Part shown: piece by piece, positions 23,943-38,000 of the stretch
Position numbering within the stretch: the stretch's first letter is position 1
How the letters are laid out: each line of letters starts with the position of its first letter
Assembly (NCBI RefSeq): GCF_006345805.1
Contig: NW_021834248.1
Location: 1 to 50,357 of the forward strand
Length of the DNA stretch: 50,357 bases
DNA from: Octopus sinensis
Lineage: Eukaryota
Direction of reading: 5' to 3'
The notes under the pieces: generated by a model
What the model saw: only the letters and a program-made list of their open reading frames with translations
Database searches by the model: none
What the model was told of the DNA's origin: nothing
Translations under genes and position numbers: made by a program

Positions 23943-24452
23943 CCGTAAATCCTCGAGTATAACCCGCATTTTTTCCCAAAATTTAAAGGTCAAAATCCCT
24001 AATGCGTACTATATACGAGGTTAAAAATGAAAAATATTTTCTAAGCAATGTCGGAGTCTCTATTTGCTGTCCGGCAATGTTTATTCAGACGCATTTTGTG
24101 ATGTCGGGCGCGAAAATACCTTAAGCTAAGCCTGAAAGCAATGAAGTCATAAAAGAACCATCCATAACTTGCAGTAAGCAACATTTATTAAACGTTATTA
24201 TTGTTATTTCTTTATTTTCTGCAAACAAAATGTACAAAAAAGCTACACGTTTGCATTATGTTATATATACAATAATAATAAAGGACGTTACCGTTTACCG
24301 TTTTACAAACCAAGGATGTTATATAGACCTCCTTCACTCAAGTTAGAGAAGGGGAACGTATTATACACAAGGTTTAGGTTTTTCAGAGGTACAGCCCCCT
24401 AAAAATACCCTGCGTATTATACTAAGGGCGGACTATACTCGAGGATTTACGG
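23943..24452. mobile_element. Tc2/pogo-like MITE with perfect 19-bp TIRs and a TA TSD
   Basis: CCGTAAATCCTCGAGTATA at 23943-23961 and its reverse complement at 24434-24452, each flanked by TA. Confidence 0.9.
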
Positions 24453-24519
24453 TACACATTTTTCGGACATTCTGTACACAGACACATATACCCACACATA
24501 CATATACACACTCAAATAT

Positions 24520-24770
24520 GTAATATACATATAACCATGCAACCACATACGAGCTGTTGGTGATATTTCTCCTTCTCTGGACTTCCCCACTTTTCCTTCC
24601 TGACGAAGAGCTGTGCTCGAAACGTTAAGAACCCTCTCCTTCGTCCACATTTAATGAGCATCAAACTAATATATTCCATATGCGCGTCCACTTTTTGTTT
24701 TATTCTTAGTTTTAAAGTTCGATTATTCGATTCGACTTTATACATACTTATATAATACATGCATATTTAT
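24520..24770 (+). mobile_element. Non-coding pLTR-like element with a minimal hammerhead motif at 24594-24630
   Basis: CTGACGA-A-GAGC-TGT-GCTC-GAAA-CG-TT; flanks homologous to 34860-35062. Confidence 0.65.
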
Positions 24771-24843
24771 GTATATAAACACACAAGCACTTATGTATGT
24801 ATGTATGTATGTATGTATGCATTTATGTATATTTGTATGTATG

Positions 24844-24877
<34 letters not shown>

Positions 24878-24911
24878 TGTTTGAATGTATGTATGTATGT
24901 ATGTTTGAATG

Positions 24912-24945
<34 letters not shown>

Positions 24946-25204
24946 TGTTTGAATGTATGTATGTATGTATGTATGTATGTATGTATGTATGTATGTTATG
25001 TATGTATGTATGTATGTATGTATGTATGTATGTATGTATGTTTGAATGTATGCATGCATGCATGCATGCATGTATGTATGTATATATATATATGTATGTA
25101 TGTATGAATGTATGTATGTGTTTGTATGTATGTTTGTATGTATGTATATGTATATGTATGTATGTATATGCATGTATGTATGTATATATATGTATATGCA
25201 TGTA

Positions 25205-25610
25205 TTTCTTTCTTTTCTTTCTTTTACTTGTTTCAGTCATTTGACTGCGGCCATGCTGGAGCACCGCCTTTAGTCGAGCAAATCGACCCCGGGACTTATT
25301 CTTTGTAAGCCCAGTACTTATTCTATAGATCTCTTTTGCCGAACCGCTAAGTGACGGGGACGTAAACACACCAGCATTGGTTGTCAAGCAATGTTGGGGG
25401 GACAAACACATACACACACACCCATATATATATATATACATATATACGACAGGCTTCTTTCAGTTTCCGTCTACCAAATCCACTCACATGGCATTGGTCG
25501 GTCCGGGGCTATAGCAGGAGACACTTGCCCAAGATGCCACGCAGTGGGACTGAACCCGGAACCATGTGGTTGGTTAGCAAGCTACTTACCACACAGCCAC
25601 TCCTGCGCCT
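25205..25610 (-). mobile_element. Family B tRNA-derived SINE (internal TA/TG microsatellite), complete
   Basis: Head GAGTGGCTGTGTGGTAAG...GGTTCAGTCCC; tail GGCGGTGCTCCAGCATGGCCGCAGTCAAATGACTGAAACAAGTAAAAG. Confidence 0.92.
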
Positions 25611-25627
25611 GTATATGTATATGTATG

Positions 25628-25659
<32 letters not shown>

Positions 25660-26520
25660 TATGCATGTATGTATGTGTATAAATGTATGTATGAATGTAT
25701 GTATGTATATGTATGTATATGTATGTATGTATGTGTATGTATGTATATGTATGTATGTGTGTATGTATGTGTGTATGTATGTGTGTTTATGTGTGTGTGT
25801 ATGTGTGTGCATGTATGTATGTGTGAATGTATGTATGTATATGTATGTATATGTATATATGTGTGTATGTATGTATGTATGCATGTATGGATGGATGGAT
25901 GGATGGATGGATGCATGTAGTATGTATGTATGTATGTTGGTATGTTTGTATGTATGTTTGTATGTATGTATGTGTGTATGTATGTATGTATGCATGTATG
26001 TATGTGTAAGTGTATGTATGTATGCATGCATGTATGTATGTGTGTATGTATGTATGTTTGTACGCTTGTACAGAGCGGAACGTCTCGTGGCAAACAGAAT
26101 TTCGAGGAAGCCAGCCGTAAACGTCTCTCCATTTCATTTCATTTCATTTAAGCGTGGATATTTTTGTGCCTGTGCAGCCGATTCACGTGTATGATACAGC
26201 AAAGAACGACTGAAACAAGAGGGCAGAATCGTGATTAAAAAGCACTGCTGTCCACTCTCAAATGATGATGCTACATTTAATTGTTATTTAGTTATTATAC
26301 GTTTCTACTCGACACGGGACAATTTCACACCACGATAGTTAAAGTAATACATAAACAATAAGATGACCAGCATGTGACGTATTTTTCTTAAATGCCATTT
26401 GCATTGTTCTTATCTTCTCATCTTATTATTTCTATTTGGTTGTCGTTTTCGTGTACTGATAATTCTTTACGCTAATTTCTGTTTTCTGTCATTCTGTCTG
26501 TGTCTGTTTAACTATTTATC

Positions 26521-26980
<460 letters not shown>

Positions 26981-27136
26981 TTGTTTGTCTTATTTTCTCT
27001 CACTCTCTTGCATTCTCTCTCTCATTCTCTCCCTCTCCCTCCGTTTCTCTCTTTCGACACAAACATGGGCACATATACACACATAATATCGATATTTTCC
27101 AACACTTTCTTTTTATCTTTAAATATATATATTTAT

Positions 27137-27317
27137 GAGTGGCTGTGTGGTAAGTAGCTTGCTAACCAACCACATGGTTCCAGGTTCAGTCCCACTGCGT
27201 GGCATCTTGGGCAAGTGTCTTCTGCTATAGCCCCGGGCCGACCAATGCCTTGTGAGTGGATTTGGTAGACGAAAACTGAAAGAAGCCTGTCGTATATATG
27301 TAATATATATATATATA

Positions 27318-27359
<42 letters not shown>

Positions 27360-27370
27360 ATATATATATG

Positions 27371-27427
<57 letters not shown>

Positions 27428-27646
27428 TGTGTGGTATCTGTGTTTGTCCCCCTAGCATTGCTTGACAACCGATGCTGTGTGTTTACGTCCCCGTAACTTA
27501 GCGGTTCGGCAAAAGAGAACCGATAGAATAAGTACTCTGGGCTTACAAAGAATAAGTCCCGGGGTCGATTTGCTCGACTAAAGGCGGTGCTCCAGCATGG
27601 CCGCAGTCGAATGACTGAAACAAGTAAAAGAGTAAAAGAGTAAAGA
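27137..27646 (+). mobile_element. Family B SINE, complete, with an expanded internal (TA)n
   Basis: Same head and tail as 25205-25610. Confidence 0.92.
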
Positions 27647-27969
27647 GAGAGATATAAGTTCAGCAAAAATTTAGATTCGAATGAATATGGTACTTAATTT
27701 AGATGCACCAGAATTCTGTATGGTGTTATCCATAAAAATCCGTGGGGTGATTATAACCAAAATAAGCAACAAGAATGACTCCGGTAGCGGAGTCATTCTT
27801 GTTGCTTATTTTGATATATACATACATAGCAGCCGAAATTGCAAGGATGATCCAGTTCTTGACTGAAGATTAGAGGCTTCGAATGACCCGTCCGTTTTTT
27901 GTGTCGTCTATTTGAGTGTTTTGCGTTCTTGTCCCATTTTGTATTTTTATATATATTTTTTATACATAA

Positions 27970-28059
<90 letters not shown>

Positions 28060-28081
28060 TTATATATACATACATATACAT

Positions 28082-28118
<37 letters not shown>

Positions 28119-28260
28119 CACCTTTTATTAAAGCTGCAAAATTTCATCAGAGAACTGTTACTCAGCGTCTCGCGTTCACGATCAGCAGACAGTTGTGATA
28201 ATTTTGACAGCTTTAATAAAATGTATATTACTAACCTTTGATATTCGAGTACTGTTTTAG

Positions 28261-31200
28261 CAATCTATCTAGGGAGATAACCTTACAATAAATCACTCGG
28301 TCCGTATCTTAGAAATACTGGTTGACGTCCAGCGGGAACAGCTTTGTTTCATGGAGGAGGAAAGATCTTCTTTAGTACTTGGTTGTACAATGCTTTCCAA
28401 TGTGTGTAGTAGTGGCGCGCGCACACATTATTAGCCATTTGAAAAGACTATGGAATTTACATTTGACAGCACCAGGGTTCCTCTTCCCCAGGGAACCAGT
28501 CCTAATGGTATACCTGCGGATGTAGGTCCAGCCCCTGCTTTGCCAGGTCCTGTCTCTGATCATGTTGCACCTCCAAGGGCATCCATTGACGGTGATGCCC
28601 TCAATCTTAACAGACGGGTATCACCTGATAGAGAAGAGTCAGCTCCCAACCAAACAACACCAAACAAACACCTCATCAGCTGTAAAAATCATACGATACT
28701 CAGCACCCTCAATGCCCGCACCCTCGGCTCTCTTGGCCGTCTAGAAGAACTTGGTGCAAATGCAGAATCACATGGCATTGATATAATAGCTGTCCAAGAA
28801 CACCGATTTTACCACCCTGACAACATCCTCAAATACCATCAAGTCGGTTCTTATCAACTTGTAACCTCCTCAGCATCAAAGAATACTGTTAATTCAACAG
28901 TTGGATGTATCGGATTTCTACTTTCATCAAAAGCTAGTGATACTCTCTTGAGTATAGAGTCAATCTCACCTAGAATTATGGTGCTTGAGATAGATGGAAA
29001 CCCGAAAACAACATTGGTATGTGTGTATAGCCCACATAATTCGTCTGTAGCAGACGAGATGGAGAAATTTTATACAACCCTTCATTCAACCATTGAGCAA
29101 GTACCTCTCCATAATTTTCTAGTTATAGCTGGTGATCTGAATGCTAGACTAGGACCCGATGAGACCAAGTTTACTTTCAACTCTAAAACCAATCGGAACG
29201 GAGAAATGCTCAAAGACTTCTTGGAGGAATTTAATCTCTACACCTCCAACAATTCTTTTATGAAACCAAAAGGTCAACTTTGGACATTTGAGTCCCCACT
29301 TGGTGATAGGGCACAAATTGACTACCTCATCTTTCGAAAGAAATGGCGCAATAGTGTTAAAGACTCGAGATCCTACTTTTCCTTTAGTTCTGTCGGCTCT
29401 GACCACAGAATTGTATCAGCTACCGTTAAGCTTAGTCTTCGCTCATCCAAAAAAACTAAGCCTCACCCGATGAAAATGATCGACTGGGAGGAAGTCTTAT
29501 CTAACCCCGATATGTCCAAACAATTTACTATTGAGGTCTATAACACATTTCAATCTCTGTCTACTTCTGAAATAGATGCTGAGAACATTGAAGAAGTATA
29601 CAGCAGCCTCATCAAATCAATAGAGGAAGTTGCACTGGCTACTCTTCCCAAAAAGAAGAGTAGGGGCCAGAGCAAACCTTCTAATTCCCCAAATGTCATC
29701 GAAGCCAGAAACCATCTAAAGTCTATATCACTAGCTTACCACCGTTCTCCATCCCAGTCACTGAAGATCCAACTCATAGCTGCCAAGAAGAATCTTCCAA
29801 GTGTGCCTATATCAGATACGCTGGACATCAACACCTCCCCTTTTACCACATTTGAACTAACAGCAGCCACCAAGCAACTAAAAGCCTCGAAAGCATTTGG
29901 TCCCGAGAACATCCCAGCTGTAATTTGGAAGGATGATAGATTTCACACACTTTTGCTCAACCTCTGCAACCACACACTTTCCACCTTTGTCGCTCCAAAG
30001 ATTTGGCACCAATCTCAAATCATTCCAATACCCAAAAAAGGCGATTTATCCCTCGTCACCAACTACAGGGGTATATCTCTAATGTCAATTGCTGCAAAAC
30101 TGTACAACAAACTGATCCTAAATCGTCTTGTCCTTTTTGTTGAACCTTTGCTCCGAAAGAACCAAAATGGATTCAGACATGGGCGCTCAACGCTGAGCCA
30201 GATACTATGCCTACGCACACTTATTGAAGAATCAAAAGCATTTAATCGCGATCTTGCAATGGTATTTGTAGACTTTTCTAAAGCGTTCGATTCTGTAGAT
30301 AGGTACAAGATGTTTGAAATCCTTAAACTCTATGGGATACCAGACAAAATCATTTCTGCCATCAAGGTCCTCTACACAGATACATCTTCAACCATCTTAA
30401 CCCCTGACGGAGAAACATCATCTTTCTCAATCAAAGCCGGAATACTGCAGGGAGACACACTCGCCCCATTTCTTTTCATCATTGTTGTTGATTATGTGCT
30501 ACGTATGTCAGTTGATACCATCTCTGGCAAGGGCTTTGAAATAAAACCAAGAAGAAGTTCCAGACACCCAGCTGAGTACTTGACAGACACTGACTTTGCT
30601 GACGACATCGCTCTTATCAGTGATTCTCTCTCCAATGCCCAGTCTCTTTTACAATCTCTTGAACAAGCCTCAAATTGTGTAGGTCTTTACCTCAATGAGG
30701 CCAAAACTGAATACATAAACAAGTGCCTGTCCAACAGTGATTGCATCATCCATACTCTCAACAACGCGCCCTTAAATATGGTTTCTGATTATAAATATCT
30801 TGGGTCATACATATCATCATCTGGAAAAGACTTTCTAACTAGAAAGGGTATGGCCTGGTCAGCCTGTAATGACATGCATAAGATCTGGTCATCAAATCTA
30901 AGTAGAGACTTCAAACTTGAAATCTTCAAAGCCACAGTCGAACCAATTCTACTATATGGCTCAGAAACCTGGACGTTATCAAAGAAGCTTGAGAGGCGGT
31001 TGGATGGAACCTACACTCGCCTCCTTATGAGAGCTCAAAATCTCTCGTGGAAGCGCCATCCAACCAAAATGTAAATATATGGGAAACTACCACCTGTGTC
31101 ATCTCTTGTGAGAGGTAAGAGAGTCCAGTTTGCTGGACATTGTTGTAGAGCTGAAAAAGAGGTAATTTCTACTCTTCTCCTCTGGAAGCCATCTACTCGC

Positions 31201-31352
31201 AATACCAGAGGGCGCACACTCTCCTATCCTGATGTAATCTCCAGGGATACAGGCATCCAGCAACAGGACCTCCGTAATGCCATGATGGACCGTGAAGTCT
31301 GGCGTAGCATGGTAAATTCCATTGTCTCGACCACGGTCGAACAATAATGATG
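28261..31352 (+). mobile_element. Full-length RTE-like non-LTR retrotransposon with a 10-bp TSD
   Basis: ACTGTTTTAG at 28251-28260 and 31353-31362; ~190-nt 5' UTR, single APE-RT ORF, (TGA)n tail. Confidence 0.92.
28450..31347 (+). pseudogene. APE endonuclease and reverse transcriptase ORF with one in-frame stop (31072-31074)
   Basis: APE motifs TLNARTL, AVQEHR, AGDLNA, QIDY, SDHR; RT motifs NYRGISL, QNGFR, FVDFSKAFDS, GILQGDTLAP, DFADDI, YKYLG. ORF 31096..31347 is in the same frame as 28450..31074. Confidence 0.95.
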
Positions 31353-31684
31353 ACTGTTTTAGGGGAGGGTTATAGTCGGTTATATCTACCCCAGTACAGA
31401 AATGGTACTTAATCTATCTCGCTACATCAAATCACGCAATAAGAGTGTTTGATGCTACTTTGGCGTGTGATCTGCAACTTCAAGGGTTATTACTTTAGAT
31501 TAGCTTTTAGTTTCTTTACGCGGCTGCCAAACTTGTGTGCTCTACGCGCTTATTGTAATTATTATATATATATTTTTTTTTTTGGGGGGGGGGGGGGGTT
31601 ATCATTATTTACAAAGACTTAAGTGAACCATGGCTTTATTATTATTAAAATAGTAAGATTTTTTTAAATATTCAATTATAATGC

Positions 31685-32097
31685 TTTACTCTTTACTCTT
31701 TACTCTTTTACTTGTTTCAGTCATTTGACTGTGGCCATGCTGCAGCACCGCCTTTAGTCGAGCAAATCGACCCCAGGACTTATTCTTTGTAAGCCTAGTA
31801 CTCATTCTATCGGTCTCTTTTGCTGAACCGCTAAGTTACGGGGACGTAAATACACCAGCATCGGTTGTCAAGCGATGCTGAGGGACAAACACAGACACAC
31901 ATATACATACACATACAAATGTATACATATATACGACGGGCTTCTTTCAGTTTCCGTCTACCAAATCCACTCACAAGGCTTTGGTCGACCCGAGGCTCTA
32001 GTAGAAGACACTTGCCCAAGGTGTCACGCAGTGGGACTGAACCTGGAACCATGTGGTTGGTAAGCAAGCTACTTAGCACACAGCCACTCCTACGCCT
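31685..32097 (-). mobile_element. Family B SINE, complete
   Basis: Reverse-complement head and tail as above. Confidence 0.92.
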
Positions 32098-32960
32098 GCA
32101 TGTACAAAAAATTTATTGTAAAATATCTGTAGCCAGCACATTAAATGTTTTAGAAATTGAAAGTAAACTGAAAAAATAACCTCAAACAATTGCCCTTTTG
32201 GCTATAGATCATACGCCAAAGTAGTACCGAGTGTTTTTTTGTTTTTTTTTTCATTTCAGCGTGGAATGTTTTCACATGTTTCAGTCATTTCTGATAAAAC
32301 ACGTTATCTGTTCTAGAATAAGGTCTATGGCAGTAAACTGAGATTCAAGTTTGTGCTTTTTCTTAATGAAACACCTTTCATATAAGTCATGTTAAAATTA
32401 CATCGTCTCCTTTGAAATGCATTCAGATAATTCTCGCAAATTTTGCTAGAGGGCCAGAAATTTAGAATAGAGGGGCAAGTTGAAATGATGAAATGAGATG
32501 TCGACCTCGGGGCCTTTAAATTTGGAAGGTAAAGATCGGGAAGAAGTCTAACGCGGTTTAAAACTCTTACGAGGTCGTCACTTTAGTTTAAGACCTCAAG
32601 TACATTCTGAACTCCATTGCTTTTATTTTTTATGTATATTTGTACGGAAGGTTTCTTTTTTCTGAAGGAAATTACCACCAAAATCCGATGAATGCGATAA
32701 AGCAAAAATCGAAAAATTCTAATAGGAAATGAAAGTGCTTAACTCTAAACTGTCAATGTTCATAAGCAGACAATTCGATGAAATTCATTGCTTTTCATGA
32801 GAAATCAACGCAGGAAGGGAAAGATTACAAAACTCTAATGGGTAGTCAAGCTTTAAATAAATTATGCAAAAGAATTGAGAAACTCTTGTTGTACAAACCA
32901 AAACAAAACAAGGAACCGAAACTAAAACAAAGATAAAAATATCAATATAATATATATATA

Positions 32961-33014
<54 letters not shown>

Positions 33015-33025
33015 ATATATATATA

Positions 33026-33056
<31 letters not shown>

Positions 33057-34339
33057 GTATATATAATATATACAAGTAACAATATAATCATTAATATAAT
33101 GATTAATAGATATTCAAGTCATGTTACAAAAACTAACAGTTTAGAATCGGAAATTGTTCTTTTGGAATTTGTTGAAAAATAACAATAAGCTGAAATATAG
33201 TCTCGATCCATGAGTGCCAAAACGTATTAATAGCATAAACAACGAAGGAGCAGGCATTGCTGTGTGGTTAAGAACTTCATTTTGAAGCAACAGGGTTTCG
33301 GATTCGGTTCCATTGCGTGGCATCCTGGGAAAGTGTCTTCTACTACAGCTTCCTCGCCAACAAATGCCTTGAGTGTAAATTTTGCTGACGGAAACTGTAC
33401 GGGAGCCCTTTGCGTATACATGTATACAAAACATACAATTATCTTTCTAAGACATCTGAGTCATTAAATGAAACAGGTAAACGGAAGCCGACGCCTAAAT
33501 TTTTCAACAAATAGTTCCAAAACTATATTTGATATATCTGTCTTGGCGTTTAAAACATGCAAAAACAAATACATTTAATTTGGTAAGAAGAATCTGCAGT
33601 TTTGATACTATTGTAAAAACTTGGTATGAATGACTCCAGCAAATTATGCTGTAAACTTCAACAGCTTACAGCTGTTTCTATTAGAAAATGCACTATTCTC
33701 AGAAGTGAGAGCATGTACATCACCTAATAACTGCCTGAGAGCTTCAAACATTAAGTTCTGGATTGCTGTAAGCCAATGAAGTTCATTGCATAATTTTCTG
33801 TTCGTTCGTCTTTGTTTAATTTCATATTTACGTTCTGTGCTGGACTAACGCTTTTTCAGCAAAGCTTTAATACGTACACATACACACACACACACACGTA
33901 CGCATATATTTCAAAAGTTAGAAGAGGGGAAAATAGACGAAACCTGCGCGAAGCTAGCACGGAAAGAAAAGTGAGACGAAAACATGATACAAGGGTTGTT
34001 GATTTTCTCATCAGGTGGTTTCCGAGACGTCTTAGTGGTTTCACGCCAATAAAAACCAAAACCACTGTTATTAACGGGAGCGCCAGAGCATAGAGCTACA
34101 GGAAAAAGCCGGCGAGAACAAAAATAGCATTGCGTGAACAATAAGGATTAATGACAAGATATAAGAGACAAAGGATGGCACACATACAATAGAAAATGCC
34201 TTACAGCTGCACAATTAGTTAGAAGAGGAATAATTATTCGTATACAGTACTAAAACAATGCAAAATAAACAGAAAAGGCCTTCGACAATTAAGACAGACG
34301 TGATGAGGTAGTGCAAAAAAAATGGAAAAAGTCCTTGAT

Positions 34340-34390
<51 letters not shown>

Positions 34391-34789
34391 TATGTGAATG
34401 TGTGTGTATGAACGTGGATACGTATATACAAGAACACTCCATCACTCACACACACTCGCGCTCACGTACACACACACACGTACACATACGTCAACACACA
34501 CGACCTTACGCATACATGCAAAGACATATATATATATACATATATATATATACACACACATATGCGCTCACACACAGACACAGAGCCACGCCCTCCCACT
34601 CACACACTTATCGCTTTCTTCGACCGAATCAAACATCAGACACTAACCTCCTCGCAGACTCACACCCGCAAACGTACATCCCTCACATAAACACAACCAC
34701 ACACGCACACAGATATTACAACGCACGCGCGCAAACAGACACACACACAAACAGAGACACACACACATACACACAACACACACACACAC

Positions 34790-35061
34790 AATGGCCATCT
34801 TCGCACTTTGCTGTCCCAAACAAGCACTTTCCCTATCTCTTTCTACCTCCGGTCACTTCAGCAACGTAACTACACGCGTGCTGTTGGCGATTTATTTTTC
34901 CCTCTTTGGACATTTTTCTTTCTCCTTTCCGACGAAAAACTTTGCTCGAAACGTCAAACACACTCTCCTTTTACTGAGCGTCAAACTAATACATTATTTG
35001 TGCACGCCGTCTTCTTGTTTTCTGTTATTGGGGATTTTGCTGTTCGTTTGTTTGAATTGCC

Positions 35062-35062
<1 letters not shown>
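34790..35062 (+). mobile_element. Second copy of the pLTR-like family with a decayed hammerhead (34926-34958)
   Basis: GCTGTTGG.GAT..., CCGACGA-AAAAC-TTTGCTC-GAAACGTC and TGAGC.TCAAACTAATA are shared with 24520-24770. Confidence 0.6.
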
Positions 35063-35091
<29 letters not shown>

Positions 35092-35093
<2 letters not shown>

Positions 35094-38000
35094 AAATTTA
35101 TAATATTCTTCAGACATATTGACTCAAATATATATTTTTTAACCTTTTAAAACAAGCCTTCTGTAGTTTTTTCACTTTTTACTATTTTCTATATATTCAA
35201 CCACTTGCTTTCACAAACCAACTTTCTCATTTATATATTAAACACGTGAGACCGAAAATGCCACAGAAGACTAACACCTCGGATAAAACTACAAATGAGG
35301 ACATACTCAAAGAACTTAAAAGTATTAATACACAGCTCATTACCCTAAACAACAAAATCGAGGACTCAAACCTACTCGCCCGGGAAAGTAAAAACAGTGA
35401 AGATACAACTCGCTACACTGACTAGGTTAGTAAGGATTTGCAACTGTTATACACAACACTAAATTCAATTTTCATCAACAAATCCGACAATAAAAAACAC
35501 ACACCAAATGAAACACACCAGGACATCATACGCACTCAAATTAACCCAGCAAAAAGAAAAATAGGAAACATTTGGAATACAAACCTGCACAATAGAAAAC
35601 TCGCCTTCTGGAACATGATAAAAAATTCCAACAAAGCAGATATATACGAGGGATGGATGAACTCAACACCAATTGTCCTCCCACGCAAATTCCAGATAAA
35701 AATAATTCCTAACGAGCCTGACGGACAGAGATCTATTAGGGAAAAGTCAGCTCTGTTGTTCAATTTAAGATCAGAAATAGAGCTTCTAAAACTTAGGGCC
35801 TCCACAAATGAGGAAAAATTTAAAAGCATCGACGAGGAGATGCACAATATAATACAAAAACATACCGAGGGACAACCCCTCGAAAATACATTAGATCATT
35901 GGAAGGATACCTGTGAAAAAGAAGAGAGAAATTCTCTCCTGCGCTGGGAAAAAAGCAACGATTTCTTCCAAAGATATAGTTTAACTTTCAAAAATGAATT
36001 GGGTACAAATAATCCCTTCCTTAAGAAAATTACAAAAAATAAAAAAGAAAAACCAAACAACCCACGAACAACCCCCAACTATCCTCCATACACTAGAAAC
36101 AGAAATCACCCACAACCAACATTTTCAAACCACGCAAGACTTAACAGGGAACAAGCTGACAGACAACGCGTCTATGAAATAAATTACACCAAAAACAGAA
36201 CACACCAACAATATCCTAATACCAGACCCAACCACCATACAGCACAAAATGACACTAGAATAAGAAATACACCACACACAACTCGCTACTACCCCATGAA
36301 CCAAAATTACTGGTCCCCACTGAACACAAGACAAACGCAAAAAAACACTATGTCAAGCAACATCCCACATACAAGCAGTTCGAAACAAAAATATTTCACA
36401 TACAGAAATTTTACACACACCACAACCATAGATTCACACACACACACAACAATCGGGGGCAACAATACCACCATTCCCCCGACCCAATATCACACAACCT
36501 CACAGACAACTCTTACAAACAAAATTACACCCAACATTTTTTAGCCAGGGACCAGAGACACCAGGACACAGGCTGAAATCTAGTAATAAGGAAAAACCGA
36601 AGATAATCAATCTTTCAACCAAACCTCTTTCTAACATAAAAATTGACATCCTCTCAAAAGGGCTCAAATTTACACCAACTCCACGCAGAGCCAACCTAAA
36701 TGAAATCAAGGATAATATAACAGAATTTTGCAGAAAATTAAGACTAGCAGAAGCATCAACCAGTTTCAATACTGAAGATGAATCACTAGTCAAGAACAAA
36801 AGTGAACACATCCCACACAGAGGAAGAAATAAAGATCTTGACGAATTCTGTAACCACATGAGAACTTTCCCTACCATACTATACATAAACAGAAAGTTAA
36901 CTCAAATTTTAACACTACACAATGGAAGGAACTGATAGAACTTCAAAATGATGAAGATATAACCATTAAGGAAGCAGACAAGGGAAATGCAGTTGTAATA
37001 ATGGATACATCATACTATAGAAATCTTGTAATTCCTTGCTTGCTTGATGACAACCAACATTATGAAAAAATTACCACTACACCCCACAAAAAATAATGAA
37101 AACTCTATCTTCACTAATTAAAACCCATGAAAAGGAACTAACAACCAAAGAGATTGACTTTCTAACAAACTTTAAATACAAACCTAGCCTTTTCTATGGT
37201 CTGCCAAAAATTCATAAAGCCAATTATAAATGAAACCATTAAAAAATCACCAAAGACATACATACACACACCTAACCGGGGGACCTAAAACTACGACCCA
37301 TTGTAGCTGGCCCAACCTGTGAAACACACAGACTAAGTCTATTATGGATATCCTCCTGAAACCCTTCCTTAAACATATCGATAGCCATATCAGAGATGAC
37401 TTAGATATGTTAAACCACCTTCCAAAAAAAGCCAAGGAAGAAACAATGATGGTTTCATTTGATGTAGTTAACTTATATACCAGTATACCTCATAATTATG
37501 GACTAGAGGCAATACATCTGGCTGGACCAATTTTCGGAAGAAATACCAAAAAGGATCAGTAAAGAATTCATTACTAAATCATTGAATTCATCCTACATAA
37601 TAACCACTTCATGTTTGACAATACATTTTACCGTCAAAAATCCGGAATTGCTATGGGTACAAGGGCAGCACCAGTCATTGCGAACCTAACAATGGGCTAC
37701 CTGGAAATAATCATTTACCAGGAATCCTTATCAATCTTTGGAAACCCCCTCTCTCAATACATAAAAGAGAATTGGAAACGATTCCTGGACGATTGTTTTA
37801 TACTCTGGAATGAAAACACAGATAAACTCCTAAAATTTAAAAACCTATTGAACAGCATAAACCCAAATATACAGTTCACAATGGAATACAACAAAAGGAG
37901 CTCCCATTCTTGGATATACTAATTAAAAAAATTAACCTTAAAATAGAAACAGACATTTTTTACAAAGCCACAGACGCCAAACAATACCTTCTTTTTAATT

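Noticed and set aside
27855-27900. CTGAAGA...GAATGACCCGTC as a hammerhead
   Set aside because: GAAT instead of GAAA, with no stem I or clean stem II.
33655-33720. Minus-strand GAAACAGCTGTA as a hammerhead
   Set aside because: There is no intact CUGANGA and stem I does not pair; GTAAGC could equally be a splice donor.
33990-34060. Minus-strand CTGATGAG near GAAACCAC
   Set aside because: The elements are in the wrong order and no GAAA follows the putative stem II. CTGATGA at ~8290 (-) was rejected for the same reason.
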